Counted from the first letter of the stretch, positions 19,270 to 29,482 are shown. The stretch is 64,000 nt of DNA from Thermoleophilaceae bacterium (GCA_016929195.1 JAFGJG010000020.1:2722-66721); one strand, 5' to 3'. Made by a program: numbers and translations. The notes: generated by a model from the letters alone, not told the origin.

Positions 19270-19968
19270 CTAACCGCCGTTCGCGCTCAGCAGCGCCGCG
19301 ACGGCGAAGCCGAGCGTGACGACCAGGCCCGTGGCGAGGCTGCGCTTCTCGTGCTCGAACGCCTCGGGGATCATCGAGTCCGCGAGCATCGTGATGATCG
19401 CGCCCGCGGCGAAGGCGTTCACGAAGCCGAGCAGGTCGTCGTCGGCTCCGTCCAGCGCGACGTAGCCGATCGCGGCCGACAGGGCGCACACGATCGCGAC
19501 GATCGACCACAGGACGAGGATCCAGGCGGCGCTGTGCTCGCTCCGCAGATCGGCCGAGGACGAGAGCGACTCGGGGATGTTCGAGACGAACACGGCCACG
19601 ACCACCGCCGTGCTGACCCCTCCGGGGTCGAGGACCGAGAGGCCGATGGCCGCCGACTCGGGTATCCCGTCGAGGACGGCGCCGACGACGATCGGCACGG
19701 CGCCGCCGCCCTTGACAACGCGGCTGACGGCGAAGAAGGTCAGCGCTCCGGCGGCCAGCCCGCCCGCGGCGGCGTCCGAGCCGCCCGTGCGGAATGCCTC
19801 GGCCGTGAGATCGAAGGAGGCAGCGCTGATCAGCACGCCCGCCCCGAACGCCATGACGGCTCCGACCACGCGGCCGGGCACGTCCGCGACGAGCGCGATG
19901 CCGGCCCCGGCCAGGAGGGCGAGCCCGCCGAGCAGGCCCCACAGTCCCGCCTCGATCACGCCGGGCAC
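19270..19968 (-). CDS. ZIP family divalent-metal transporter
   Basis: About 232 aa of TM helices. ZIP-type motifs (LDGIPESAAIG, VSNIPESL, FAAGAIITMLADSMIPEA). GTG start chosen at 19968; the upstream part of the track ORF is low-complexity. Confidence 0.8.
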   Translation of the reverse strand: MPGVIEAGLWGLLGGLALLAGAGIALVADVPGRVVGAVMAFGAGVLISAASFDLTAEAFRTGGSDAAAGGLAAGALTFFAVSRVVKGGGAVPIVVGAVLDGIPESAAIGLSVLDPGGVSTAVVVAVFVSNIPESLSSSADLRSEHSAAWILVLWSIVAIVCALSAAIGYVALDGADDDLLGFVNAFAAGAIITMLADSMIPEAFEHEKRSLATGLVVTLGFAVAALLSANGG

Positions 19969-19980
19969 GCTAGCGCGACG

Positions 19981-21237
19981 GTGACCGGCGGCAAGGCCTA
20001 CGTGCGGCTGGTCGCGCTCGGCGCGCTCGTCGGCATCCCGGCGGCGCTCGCGGGAGCGCTGTTCCTCGGCCTGATCCACGAGCTCCAGCACGTGCTCTGG
20101 ACCGACCTCCCGGACGCGCTCGGCGAGTCCTCGCCGCCCTGGTACCTCCTGCTGGGGCTGCCGGTCGCGGGCGCCGCGCTCGTGATCGTCGCCCGCAGGC
20201 TGCTTCCCGGGGACGGCGGGCACGACCCGCTCGCGGGCCTCAGCACGGACCCCACGCCGCTGTCACACGCCCCCGGCGTCCTCCTGGCGGCCACGGGAAC
20301 GCTGGGCTTCGGCATCGTCCTCGGCCCGGAGGCCCCGGTTATCGCGCTCGGGTCCGTCGTGGCGCTCGCCGTCACGAGCATCGTCACCCTGGACGAGCGC
20401 GAGGGGCGGGTGCTCGGGCTGGCGGGCTCGTTCTCCGCGATCTCGGCCCTCTTCGGCGGCCCGATCGTCGCGGGCGTGATGATGCTCGAGGCCGGCGTGG
20501 GGCTCGGCGCGGCGCTGCTTCCCGCGATGCTCCCCGGATTCGTCGCGGCGGCGGTCGGCTACCTGATCATCATCGGCTTCGGCGACTGGGGCGGTCTCGA
20601 CGCGCCGGGGCTGGCGGTTCCGAACCTCCCGGTCTACGACGGCGAGCAGGTGCTCGACCTGATCGCGGCGCTCGTGGTGGGGGTGACCGTCGCGGTCACG
20701 ATCTTCGCCGTCCGAAAGCTCGCCAAATGGGTGCGCGAACGCGAGCGCGGCATGGGCATGACCGCGGCCCTGCTCGGCGGCGGCCTTGCGGTCGGCGCGA
20801 TCGCGCTGGTGGCCGACTGGCTCGGCGCCAACTCGCAGGACGTCCTGTTCTCGGGCCAGCAGTCCATCCCGGCGGTGATCGCGGAGGAGTCCACCGGGAT
20901 CGTCCTGCTCCTGATCGCCGCGAAGGCGATCGCCTACGCCGTGAGCCTCGCGTGCGGCTTCCGCGGCGGCCCGATCTTCCCGGCCGTGTTCCTGGGCGTC
21001 GGCATCGCCGCGCTCCCGGTCGTCTGGTTCGACGCGTCACCGACGCTCGCGATCGCGATCGGCGCGGCGGCGGGGATGGCGGCGCAGGCGCGCCTGCTGC
21101 TGACTTCGATGCTCTTCGGGGGGCTGCTCGTGGGCACCCCGGGAGTCGACGCCGTGCCCGCGGCGGTGATCGCCGCCGCGGCTGCATGGATGACGATCAT
21201 GGCGCTCGACCCGCCGCCGAAGCCCGCCGCCGGCTAG
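19981..21237 (+). CDS. voltage-gated chloride channel (ClC) family protein
   Basis: Multi-TM protein with ClC motifs GPEAPVIALG and FGGPIVAGVM. GTG start at 19981; the track ORF from 19231 is an off-gene extension. Confidence 0.85.
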   Translation: MTGGKAYVRLVALGALVGIPAALAGALFLGLIHELQHVLWTDLPDALGESSPPWYLLLGLPVAGAALVIVARRLLPGDGGHDPLAGLSTDPTPLSHAPGVLLAATGTLGFGIVLGPEAPVIALGSVVALAVTSIVTLDEREGRVLGLAGSFSAISALFGGPIVAGVMMLEAGVGLGAALLPAMLPGFVAAAVGYLIIIGFGDWGGLDAPGLAVPNLPVYDGEQVLDLIAALVVGVTVAVTIFAVRKLAKWVRERERGMGMTAALLGGGLAVGAIALVADWLGANSQDVLFSGQQSIPAVIAEESTGIVLLLIAAKAIAYAVSLACGFRGGPIFPAVFLGVGIAALPVVWFDASPTLAIAIGAAAGMAAQARLLLTSMLFGGLLVGTPGVDAVPAAVIAAAAAWMTIMALDPPPKPAAG

Positions 21238-22220
21238 GCCGTCGCGCGCAGCTCCGCCAGGCCCTGCTCCTTCGACACCACCGGCGCGTAGCCCAGCTCG
21301 CGGCGCGCCTTCGAGATGTCGAGCGTGCACTCCTGGGCGGAGACCCAGTAGGCGAAGCGGGTCATGGGCGGCTCGCCCTTGAGCGGGAGCACGCGCCAGA
21401 GCCCCTCGACGGCCGGGGCGGCCAAACGGGCGACCCAGCCGGGCACGGAGCGCGTGGGGGGCTCAACCCCCTTCGCCGAGATCAGCTCCGAGAGGAACTC
21501 GCGGAAGACCACGGGCTCGCCGTCGGTCACGAAGTAGATCTCGCCCGGCCTGCCGCGCCCGGCGGCGAGCAGGAGCCCCTCCACGACGTTGTCCACGTGC
21601 GTGATCGAGGTGAGGTGGCCGCCGCCGTCGACCCACGCGAAGCGGCCCGCCTTCACCATCGCGAGGATGTTGGGGAGCAGGGTCGTGTCGTCGGCGCCCC
21701 ACACGAAGCGCGGGCGCACCGAGATCGTCTCGAAGCCCTCGCGGTTGGCCGCGATCACGGCCTCCTCGGCGCGCGCCTTGGTGGCCGAGTAGAGCGCCTT
21801 CGAGTCGGGCCGCCGCGGCGCCGTCTCATCCACGTTCACGAGCGGCTCGCCGGCCATCAGCGCCGCCTCGGTGCCGCAGTGCACGAAACGGCGCACGCCG
21901 GCCTGCTCGCAGGCCGCGAGCGCGTTGCGCGTGCCGGTCACGTTGCCGCGCTCGAACTCCTCCGGCGTGCCCCACTGGCCGAGGTGGGCGGCGAGGTGGA
22001 ACGCGACCTGGCAGCCCTCCGCGCCTGATGCCATCGCACCGGTGTCGCCGAGGTCGCCGCGCACGGGCTCGGCGCCCAGGTCCGCCACCGCGTCGGCGGA
22101 CGCCTGTGACCGCGCGAGCGCCCGCACGCGCCACCCGTCCGCCACGAGCCGGCGGACGAGGTGGCGCCCGATGAAGCCGGAGCCGCCGGTGACGAACGCG
22201 CTCTTCTGCTCGGTTGCCAC
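21234..22220 (-). CDS. NAD-dependent epimerase/dehydratase (3-beta-HSD-like SDR)
   Basis: Rossmann motif FVTGGSGFIGRHLVRRL and catalytic YSATKARAE. Start uncertain (GTG at 22220 or ATG at 22274). Confidence 0.8.
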   Translation of the reverse strand: MATEQKSAFVTGGSGFIGRHLVRRLVADGWRVRALARSQASADAVADLGAEPVRGDLGDTGAMASGAEGCQVAFHLAAHLGQWGTPEEFERGNVTGTRNALAACEQAGVRRFVHCGTEAALMAGEPLVNVDETAPRRPDSKALYSATKARAEEAVIAANREGFETISVRPRFVWGADDTTLLPNILAMVKAGRFAWVDGGGHLTSITHVDNVVEGLLLAAGRGRPGEIYFVTDGEPVVFREFLSELISAKGVEPPTRSVPGWVARLAAPAVEGLWRVLPLKGEPPMTRFAYWVSAQECTLDISKARRELGYAPVVSKEQGLAELRATA

Positions 22221-22340
22221 GGGAGGGGAACCTACCGCCCCGAGTTTCTGGGAGCTTCGGAGAAACCAGGCCATGTTAAGGCTCTGTTTTTTGCAGACCC
22301 TTGACAAACCCGGGTCGGATAGAAGAGGGTCGCACCGGCG

Positions 22341-23531
22341 ATGACCGGATCGCTCGGATCACTGCGTGAGCTCAACCGACTGCGCATAGTGGACGCCCTC
22401 CGCCACGACGGACCCGCCAGCCGCGCCGACATCGCGAGGCAGACCGGCCTGTCCGCCTCGACCGTCTCCTCGGTGATCGGCGAGCTCCAGAGCGCCGGCT
22501 TCGTCGTCGAGAGCGAGCTGGCGCCCGACGGCCGCCAGGGCCGGCCGGCCGCCCAGCTCACGCTCGACCCCTCCGCGGGCGCCGCCGTGGGCCTCGACTT
22601 CGACCACGACAAGGTTCGCGTGGCGGTCAGCGACCTCGCCCGGAGCGTGCTGGCGGAGGCGAGCGTCCGCCTCGACGTGGACCAGGACGCCACCGCGGCG
22701 ATCGAGCACGCCTCCGACCTCGTCGGCCAGGTGCTGGACGAGGCGGGCGTGGGCCCGGGCCAGGTGCTCGGCGCGGGCATGGCTCTGCCCGGACCCGTGG
22801 ACCATGCGCGCGGAGCGCTTCACCAGAGCCCGATCCTCTCCGGCTGGACGGGAGTCGACGCGGCCTCGGAGCTTCAGCGGCGGATCGGCATCCCGGTGCA
22901 TCTCGACAACGACGCCAACCTCGGCGCGCTCGCCGAGGTCACGCTCGGCGCCGGCCGCAACGCCCGCTCGGCGGCGTACATCCAGATGTCCTCCGGCATC
23001 GGCGCGGGGCTGATCGTGGACGGCCGCCCGTACCACGGGCACCGCGGCACGGCCGGGGAGATCGGTCACGTGCTCGTGGACGAGCAGGGCCTGATCTGCC
23101 GCTGCGGCAACCGCGGCTGCCTGGAGACGCTCGCGTCCGGGCCGGCACTGCTCGCGCTCCTGCGCTCGAGCCACGGCGACCTGACCGTGGAGCGATTGAT
23201 CGAGATCGCCCGCGAGGGCGACCCCGGCGCGCGCCGTGTGATCGCGGACGCCGGTCGCGCCGTCGGCCGTGCGGTCGCGGGACTCTGCAACCTCTTCAAC
23301 CCCGAGATGGTCGTCGTGGGCGGGGATTTGAGCGCGGCCGGCGAACTGCTGCTCGATCCCCTGCGCGAGTCCATCGAGAGGTACGCACTTCCGGCGGCGA
23401 CGGAGAACCTGGACGTCGTCGCGGGCGAGCTCGGCGAGCGGGCGAACCTGCTCGGCGCGCTGGCGCTGGCGATCGCCCAGTCGGGAGAGGCAGTGGCTGC
23501 GCGAATTGCGGGAACGGTGAGCGCGGCTTGA
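22341..23531 (+). CDS. ROK family transcriptional regulator
   Basis: 396 aa. N-terminal wHTH (RADIARQTGLSASTVSSVIGEL). ROK Zn motif GHVLVDEQGLICRCGNRGCLET. Confidence 0.9.
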   Translation: MTGSLGSLRELNRLRIVDALRHDGPASRADIARQTGLSASTVSSVIGELQSAGFVVESELAPDGRQGRPAAQLTLDPSAGAAVGLDFDHDKVRVAVSDLARSVLAEASVRLDVDQDATAAIEHASDLVGQVLDEAGVGPGQVLGAGMALPGPVDHARGALHQSPILSGWTGVDAASELQRRIGIPVHLDNDANLGALAEVTLGAGRNARSAAYIQMSSGIGAGLIVDGRPYHGHRGTAGEIGHVLVDEQGLICRCGNRGCLETLASGPALLALLRSSHGDLTVERLIEIAREGDPGARRVIADAGRAVGRAVAGLCNLFNPEMVVVGGDLSAAGELLLDPLRESIERYALPAATENLDVVAGELGERANLLGALALAIAQSGEAVAARIAGTVSAA

Positions 23532-23571
23532 GTTCCCGTGCAAAGGACCCTACGGAGGAGAAGGGAGACAG

Positions 23572-24675
23572 ATGAGGAGGAAGCGGATCTGGAGCGCGGC
23601 TGCGGCCGTGACTCTTGCCATGGCGTCGATCGCCGCCGGGTGCGGTGACGACGATGACGGTGACAGCGGTGGTGGCGGCGGAGACGGCGGCGACGTCGGC
23701 AAGGTCGCGGTGCTGCTGCCGGACTCGAAGTCGTCGGTGCGCTGGGAGACATACGACCGGCCGCTGCTTCAGAAGGCGTTCGAGGACGCCGGCGTCGATG
23801 TCACGATCAGCAACGCCGAGGGAGACAAGTCCGCCCAGCAGCAGCAGGCGGAGCAGGCGATCACGGACGGGGCGAAGGTGCTCCTGCTCGTGAACCTGGA
23901 CTCCGGCTCCGGCGCTGCGATCGAGGAGAACGCCAAGGCCCAGGGCGTGAAGGTGATCGACTATGACCGCCTCACGCTCGACACGGACGCGAACGACTAC
24001 TACGTCTCGTTCGACAACGAGAAGGTCGGTCAGCTCCAGGGGCAGGGCCTCGTGGACTGCGTGGGCGACAAGCAGGGCGCCCAGATCGCGGTCCTGAACG
24101 GATCCCCGACCGACAACAACGCGACGCTGTTCAAGAACGGTTACGACTCCGTCATCAACCCGAAGTTCGACTCGGGTGAGTGGAAGGAGATCGACGACCA
24201 GTCGGTGCCGGACTGGGACAACCAGAAGGCTCTGACCATCTTCGAGCAGATGCTGCAGGCCAACGACAACAAGGTCGACGGTGTGCTCGCGGCGAACGAC
24301 GGCCTGGGCAATGCGGCGATCTCGGCCCTCAAGCAGCGCAAGCTGGCGCAGGTGCCGGTCACCGGCCAGGACGCCACGCTCGAGGGCATCCAGAACATCG
24401 TCAACGGCGATCAGTGCATGACGGTGTACAAGCCCACGAAGAAGGAGGCCGACGCGGCCGCCGACCTGGCGATCGCACTGGCCAAGGGCGAGAAGCCCAG
24501 CGCGACCACGACCCCGGTGGACAACGGGACCCAGAAGGTGCCGTCCGTGCTCCTGGATCCGATCGCGATCACGAAGGACAACATCAAGGACTACCTCGGC
24601 GAGATCGACTTCCCCAAGAAGGAAGACATCTGCGCCGGGAAGGTCGAAGCCAATTGCGAGAAGCTCGGCCTCTAG
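23572..24675 (+). CDS. sugar ABC transporter substrate-binding lipoprotein (CUT2, xylose-binding-like)
   Basis: Lipobox LAMASIAAGCG. Periplasmic-binding-protein fold pattern (VAVLLPDSKSSVRWE...). Confidence 0.9.
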   Translation: MRRKRIWSAAAAVTLAMASIAAGCGDDDDGDSGGGGGDGGDVGKVAVLLPDSKSSVRWETYDRPLLQKAFEDAGVDVTISNAEGDKSAQQQQAEQAITDGAKVLLLVNLDSGSGAAIEENAKAQGVKVIDYDRLTLDTDANDYYVSFDNEKVGQLQGQGLVDCVGDKQGAQIAVLNGSPTDNNATLFKNGYDSVINPKFDSGEWKEIDDQSVPDWDNQKALTIFEQMLQANDNKVDGVLAANDGLGNAAISALKQRKLAQVPVTGQDATLEGIQNIVNGDQCMTVYKPTKKEADAAADLAIALAKGEKPSATTTPVDNGTQKVPSVLLDPIAITKDNIKDYLGEIDFPKKEDICAGKVEANCEKLGL

Positions 24676-24745
24676 GCCGAACCTGTGGTCCCCGGGGCGC
24701 CCGCGTGGCGCCCCGGGCTCCACTCAACCGGGAGGAAGAGAGCCA

Positions 24746-25528
24746 GTGAGCGATACGCCGATCCTGGAGCTGAGAGGCGTCTCCAAACGCTTCGGGGCCG
24801 TCGTGGCCCTGCACGAGGTCGACTTCCACGTCGACGCGGGCGAGGTCATGGCGCTGGTGGGGGACAACGGCGCCGGCAAGTCGGTGCTCGTGAAGAGCAT
24901 CGCCGGCATCCACCACATCGACGCCGGCGAGATCCTGTTCGAGGGCGAGGTCGTGCACATCCACGGCCCGAAGGACGCCTCTCGGCTGGGGATCGAGGTC
25001 GTCTACCAGGATCTCGCGCTGGCGGACAACCTCGACGTGGTCCAGAACATGTTCCTGGGCCGTGAGGAGCTCGACACGCTCCACCGGCTCGACGAGATCG
25101 ACATGGAGTCGCGCGCGCTCGAGACCCTCGGTGACCTGTCGGTCACGACCATCCGATCGGTCCGCCAGAAGGTGGCGGGCCTCTCGGGCGGTCAGCGCCA
25201 GTCCGTGGCCGTGGCCAAGGCGGTGATGTGGAACTCCAAGGTCGTCATCCTCGACGAGCCCACCGCCGCGCTCGGCGTGGCGCAGACGCGCCAGGTGCTC
25301 GAGCTCGTCAAGCGCCTCGGCGAGCAGGGCCTTGCCGTGATCCTGATCTCTCACAACCTTCACGACATCTTCGAGGTGGCCGACTCGATCACGGTGCTCC
25401 GGCTCGGCCAGAACGTGGCCGAGTTCAAGCGGACCGAGACCAACCAGCAGGAGGTCGTCCAGGCGATCACCGCCGGGAAGCTTTCGCACGTGCCCGGCCA
25501 GGCCGAGACTCACGAGGTGACGGCATGA
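24746..25528 (+). CDS. sugar ABC transporter ATP-binding protein (single NBD)
   Basis: Walker A GDNGAGKS, signature LSGGQRQ, Walker B VVILDEPT. Confidence 0.9.
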   Translation: MSDTPILELRGVSKRFGAVVALHEVDFHVDAGEVMALVGDNGAGKSVLVKSIAGIHHIDAGEILFEGEVVHIHGPKDASRLGIEVVYQDLALADNLDVVQNMFLGREELDTLHRLDEIDMESRALETLGDLSVTTIRSVRQKVAGLSGGQRQSVAVAKAVMWNSKVVILDEPTAALGVAQTRQVLELVKRLGEQGLAVILISHNLHDIFEVADSITVLRLGQNVAEFKRTETNQQEVVQAITAGKLSHVPGQAETHEVTA

Positions 25529-26745
25529 GCGCCGCCGCCGGCGCAGCCAAGGCGCCGAGCGCCAGCCTGCGCGACGTCACGAACCGCTGGTGGACGGACG
25601 TCAAGTCCGGCGAGCTCGGCTCGCTTCCGATCATCGTCGGGCTGATCATCATCGCGATCGTCTTCCAGACGCAGAACGACCGCTTCCTGACGGCGGGCAA
25701 CTTCGTCAACCTGATCGTGCAGTCGGCGGCCTACACGACGATCGCCATGGGCATCGTCTTCGTGCTGCTGCTCGGGGAGATCGACCTGTCGGTCGGCTAC
25801 GTGTCGGGTGTCGCCGGGGTCATCGCGACGGTGCTGCTGATCCCCGACGGCAACGAGGTGCCCACGGTCGTCGCCATCCTCGCCGCCCTCGGCGCGGGGG
25901 CCGCGATCGGGGCCTTCCACGGGATCCTGTTCGCGAAGGTCGGGATCCCCTCGTTCGTCGTCACGCTTGCAGGCTTGATCGCGTGGAACGGGGTCGTGCT
26001 GCTGTTGATAGGCAGCCGCGGCACCGTGATCCTGCAGGACGACTTCATCATCGACCTCGCCAACGGGTTCCTCTCCGAGGGCACCGCCTGGCTGTTGATG
26101 CTCGTCTGCGTGGCCCTCTACGCGGGCACCCAGCTCAACGAGATCCGGGTGCGCCGCAAGGCGGGGCTCGAGCAGGAGCCGTACCTGCTGCCGGCTCTGC
26201 GCGTGGCCGCGCTGGCGATCGCCCTCGGCATCGTGGTCTACGTCGCGAACCAGGACCGCGGCATCCCGTACGTGGGCGTCCTGGTCGCGGCGCTGCTCGT
26301 GTTCTGGAGCTTCATCCTCGGGCGGACGCGCTTCGGCCGCTACGTCTACGCCGTCGGCGGCAACGCCGAGGCGGCGCGCCGGGCGGGCATCAACGTCGAC
26401 CGGATCAGGATCTACGTGTTTGCCATCTGCTCGCTGATGGCGGCGGTGGGCGGCATCATCCTGGCCTCGCGCCTGCGCTCCGTCGACACGAACGCGGGCG
26501 GCGGCTCGATTCTGCTCTACTCGATCGCCGCGGCGGTCATCGGAGGCACCTCGCTGTTCGGCGGCCGCGGGCACATCAAGAGCGCGCTGCTGGGCGCGCT
26601 CGTGATCGCGTCGATCGACAACGGCCTCGGCCTGCTCGGCCTGGGGTCGGGCGAGAAGTTCGTGATCACGGGCGGCGTTCTGCTGCTCGCCGTCACGGTG
26701 GATTCCGTGTCTCGCCGCCGCCAGACGCAGGCCGGGCGCTTATAG
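25525..26745 (+). CDS. sugar ABC transporter permease (CUT2 type)
   Basis: ATG at 25525 overlaps the ATPase stop (ATGA). About 10 TM segments. Conserved GINVDRIRIYVFA region. Confidence 0.9.
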   Translation: MSAAAGAAKAPSASLRDVTNRWWTDVKSGELGSLPIIVGLIIIAIVFQTQNDRFLTAGNFVNLIVQSAAYTTIAMGIVFVLLLGEIDLSVGYVSGVAGVIATVLLIPDGNEVPTVVAILAALGAGAAIGAFHGILFAKVGIPSFVVTLAGLIAWNGVVLLLIGSRGTVILQDDFIIDLANGFLSEGTAWLLMLVCVALYAGTQLNEIRVRRKAGLEQEPYLLPALRVAALAIALGIVVYVANQDRGIPYVGVLVAALLVFWSFILGRTRFGRYVYAVGGNAEAARRAGINVDRIRIYVFAICSLMAAVGGIILASRLRSVDTNAGGGSILLYSIAAAVIGGTSLFGGRGHIKSALLGALVIASIDNGLGLLGLGSGEKFVITGGVLLLAVTVDSVSRRRQTQAGRL

Positions 26746-27431
26746 CCGCGCTCTTCGTCACCGGGGCGAGCAAGGGCGTCGGGGCTGCCATCGCCCGGCG
26801 CTTCGCCGGCGAGGGCTGGCGCGTGGCGTGCGCTTCGCGCAGCGGCACCGATCTCGGGCTCGAGGGCGCCCTCGGCCTGACCTGCGACGTGAGCGACGCG
26901 GGCCAGGTCGAGTCCGCCGTCGCGACCGCGGTCGGCGAGCTGGGCGGCCTCGACGCCGTGATCGCCAATGCCGGGGTGGGGTCCTACGGCCCCTTCCTCG
27001 ACATCCCGCCCGACGAGGTCGAGGCGATGATCGACGTGAACCTCAAGGGCACGCTCTACACGGCCCGCTACACGCTGCCGCACCTGATCGAGTCGAAGGG
27101 CGACTTCATCTCGCTGGCGTCCGTGGCCGGGCTCCGGGGCTTCCCCGGCGAGACGGTCTACAACGCGTCGAAGTTCGGGCAGCTCGGCTTCACGCGCTCG
27201 CTCGACCACGAGATGCGCGAGAAGGGGGTGCGCGTGACCAACCTCTGCCCGGGCGGGATCGCCACCGAGTTCGCCATGGGCACCGGGCGCACGCCGGAGA
27301 TGCCGGAGCTCGAGGGCATGATGAGCCCCGAGGAGGTCGCGGACGTGGCGTGGTTCGTCGTCTCGCGCCCGAAGGGGCTGCGGATGATGACGGTGTCGTT
27401 CCGGCCGATGAACGAAGGGTCGTGGGGATGA
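26742..27431 (+). CDS. SDR family oxidoreductase (start codon unresolved)
   Basis: TGASKGVGAAIARRF Rossmann motif, NAG motif, catalytic YNASKFG. No in-frame ATG/GTG/TTG within more than 150 nt upstream of the Rossmann motif. 26742 is an ATA codon overlapping the permease TAG. Confidence 0.75.
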   Translation: MAALFVTGASKGVGAAIARRFAGEGWRVACASRSGTDLGLEGALGLTCDVSDAGQVESAVATAVGELGGLDAVIANAGVGSYGPFLDIPPDEVEAMIDVNLKGTLYTARYTLPHLIESKGDFISLASVAGLRGFPGETVYNASKFGQLGFTRSLDHEMREKGVRVTNLCPGGIATEFAMGTGRTPEMPELEGMMSPEEVADVAWFVVSRPKGLRMMTVSFRPMNEGSWG

Positions 27432-28387
27432 CCCTCCGGCTCGCGCTGCTGAGCACGGCGGACATCAACGAGAAGCTCGTCGCGGGGGCCCGCCAGGCGG
27501 AGAGCGTCGAGGTCGTGGCGATCGGCTCGCGCGACCCGAACAACGCCCGCAGGCAGGCCGGCGAGCTGAACGTGCCGCGCGCCCTGTCCTCCTACGAGGA
27601 GGTGCTCGCCGACCCCGGCGTGGACGCGGTCTACATCCCGCTCCCCAACTCGCTGCACGTGGAGTGGTCCGTGCGCGCGCTCGAGGCCGGCAAGCACGTG
27701 CTCTGCGAGAAGCCGCTGTCGCGCCATCCCGCGGAGGTGGAGCGCGCGTTCGACGCGGCGGAGAGGGCGGGCAAGGTGCTCGCCGAGGCGTTCATGTGGC
27801 GGCACACGCCGCAGGCACGCAAGCTGCGCGAGCTCGCCGCCGGCCTCGGCGAGATCCGCCTCGTGCGCACGGCGTTCTCGTTCCCGCTGCCGGTCGAGGA
27901 GAACGTGCGCTGGCGGGCCGACCTCGACGGGGGCGCCCTGATGGACGTGGGCTGCTACTGCGTCTCCGGCGCCCGCTTCATCCTCGGGGACCCGGAGGAG
28001 GTGACCGCCCAGTCGCTCGGGGCCGATGTTGACGCGCGCATGGTCGCCACCATGCGCTTCCCCGGCGGGGCGCTCGCGCACTTCGACTGCGGCTTCGACC
28101 TGGCCTTCCGCGACGAGCTCGAGGTGGTGGGCGGGAGCGGCGCGCTGTTCGTGGACGACCCGTGGCATTCGCGGCGCACCGGGATCGCGGTGAGCGATCC
28201 CGACGGGGAGACCACGCCGGTGGCGGTGCCCGAGGCGGATCCCTACGGCTGCGAGCTCGAGGACTTCGCGCGCGCGTGCGCGGGCGAGATCGAGCACCCC
28301 TTCGGGCGCGACGACGCGGTCGGCCAGGCGCGCACGATCGCGGCGCTCTACGAGGCGGCGGACAGCGGTCGTGCGGTCTCGCTCTGA
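27428..28387 (+). CDS. Gfo/Idh/MocA family oxidoreductase
   Basis: ATGA overlap with the SDR stop. EKP motif (HVLCEKPL). N-terminal Rossmann fold. Confidence 0.85.
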   Translation: MTLRLALLSTADINEKLVAGARQAESVEVVAIGSRDPNNARRQAGELNVPRALSSYEEVLADPGVDAVYIPLPNSLHVEWSVRALEAGKHVLCEKPLSRHPAEVERAFDAAERAGKVLAEAFMWRHTPQARKLRELAAGLGEIRLVRTAFSFPLPVEENVRWRADLDGGALMDVGCYCVSGARFILGDPEEVTAQSLGADVDARMVATMRFPGGALAHFDCGFDLAFRDELEVVGGSGALFVDDPWHSRRTGIAVSDPDGETTPVAVPEADPYGCELEDFARACAGEIEHPFGRDDAVGQARTIAALYEAADSGRAVSL

Positions 28388-28394
28388 GCGCCGC

Positions 28395-29456
28395 TCAGGC
28401 CGGGAGGCTCACGCGCCGGCCCTCGCGTGCGGACACGACGATGGCGTCGGCCACCTCGCTGGCGCGCACGCCGTCCGCGAACGTCGCCCCGTGCGGTGCG
28501 ACGCTCCCGCGGCCGGCGACCGCGTCGAGGAAGCGGCGCAGCTCGAAGACGAAGGTGTGCTCCCAGCCGAGCACGTGGCCGGGGGGCCACCAGCCGTCGG
28601 GGTTCACGAGCGTGCGGGTGCCGCCGACCACGAGCTCCGCGGGACGCTCGAGGTCGAACGCGAGCGAGCCCTTCGACCCGTTCACCTCCCAGGTGAAGCG
28701 GTTGAGGTTCCCGGTGGCGAAGCGCGTCGCCTCGATCGTGCCGACGGCGCCGCCGGCGAACCGGACGGCGGCCGCGGCCGCGTCGTCGACCGTGCGGCCC
28801 GGCACGAAGGTGGCGACCTCGGCGGCCACGGACTCGACGTCTCCCACGAGGTAGCGCGACATGTCGATCACGTGCGTGGCGAGGTCTCCGAGCGCGCCGC
28901 CGCCGGCCTGGGCGGCATCGAAGCGCCAGACCCCCTCGCGCGACGGGTCCGCACCCCACGACTGCCGGTAGACGCCACGGAAGTGATGGATGTCGCCGAG
29001 CTCGCCGGCCTCGATCATGTCGCGAGCGCGGCGCACGGCCGGCACGAAGCGGTAGTTGAAGGCGCACATGTGCACGACGCCCGCGTCCTCGGCGGCCGCG
29101 AGCATCGCGCGCGCCTCGGCCGCGTCGAGCGCGAGCGGCTTCTCGCAGAGCACGTGCTTGCCGGCGCGTGCCGCGGCGATCACCGGCTCAGCGTGGAGGT
29201 TGTTCGGGAGCAGGTTCTCGACGATCTCCACGTCCGGGTCGTCCACGACCTCCTGCCAGCCCTCCACGGCCCGCTCGAAGCCGAAGCGCACGGCGAACTC
29301 CGCGCGCCGCGCCTCGTCGCGGCCCGCCACGGAGACCAGGCGCGGCCTGATCGGCGGCGGACCCGTCATGTGGCCGAGGGTGATGAGCGCGTGCGCGTGC
29401 GCCCTTCCCATGAACGCGTAGCCGAGCAGCCCTACCCCGGGAGTCTCCACCGTCAC
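28395..29456 (-). CDS. Gfo/Idh/MocA family oxidoreductase
   Basis: 353 aa. GLLGYAFMGRAH N-terminus and HVLCEKPL motif. GTG start. Confidence 0.85.
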   Translation of the reverse strand: MTVETPGVGLLGYAFMGRAHAHALITLGHMTGPPPIRPRLVSVAGRDEARRAEFAVRFGFERAVEGWQEVVDDPDVEIVENLLPNNLHAEPVIAAARAGKHVLCEKPLALDAAEARAMLAAAEDAGVVHMCAFNYRFVPAVRRARDMIEAGELGDIHHFRGVYRQSWGADPSREGVWRFDAAQAGGGALGDLATHVIDMSRYLVGDVESVAAEVATFVPGRTVDDAAAAAVRFAGGAVGTIEATRFATGNLNRFTWEVNGSKGSLAFDLERPAELVVGGTRTLVNPDGWWPPGHVLGWEHTFVFELRRFLDAVAGRGSVAPHGATFADGVRASEVADAIVVSAREGRRVSLPA

Positions 29457-29482
29457 AACCTATCCATCGAGAGGAGCCGCCG

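Noticed and set aside
19231-19980. A 250-aa N-terminal extension of the ClC ORF, and the 19262..19942 ORF.
   Set aside because: This is antisense or off-frame to the ZIP transporter gene and is R/D/G-rich. The ClC TM topology begins at the GTG at 19981.
22296-22340. A TTGACA hexamer upstream of the ROK regulator gene as a -35 box, and a GTTTCT...AGAAAC inverted repeat at about 22244..22266.
   Set aside because: There is no acceptable -10 element at 16-18 nt spacing. The inverted repeat is only 6 bp with an 11-nt spacer. This is too weak to annotate.
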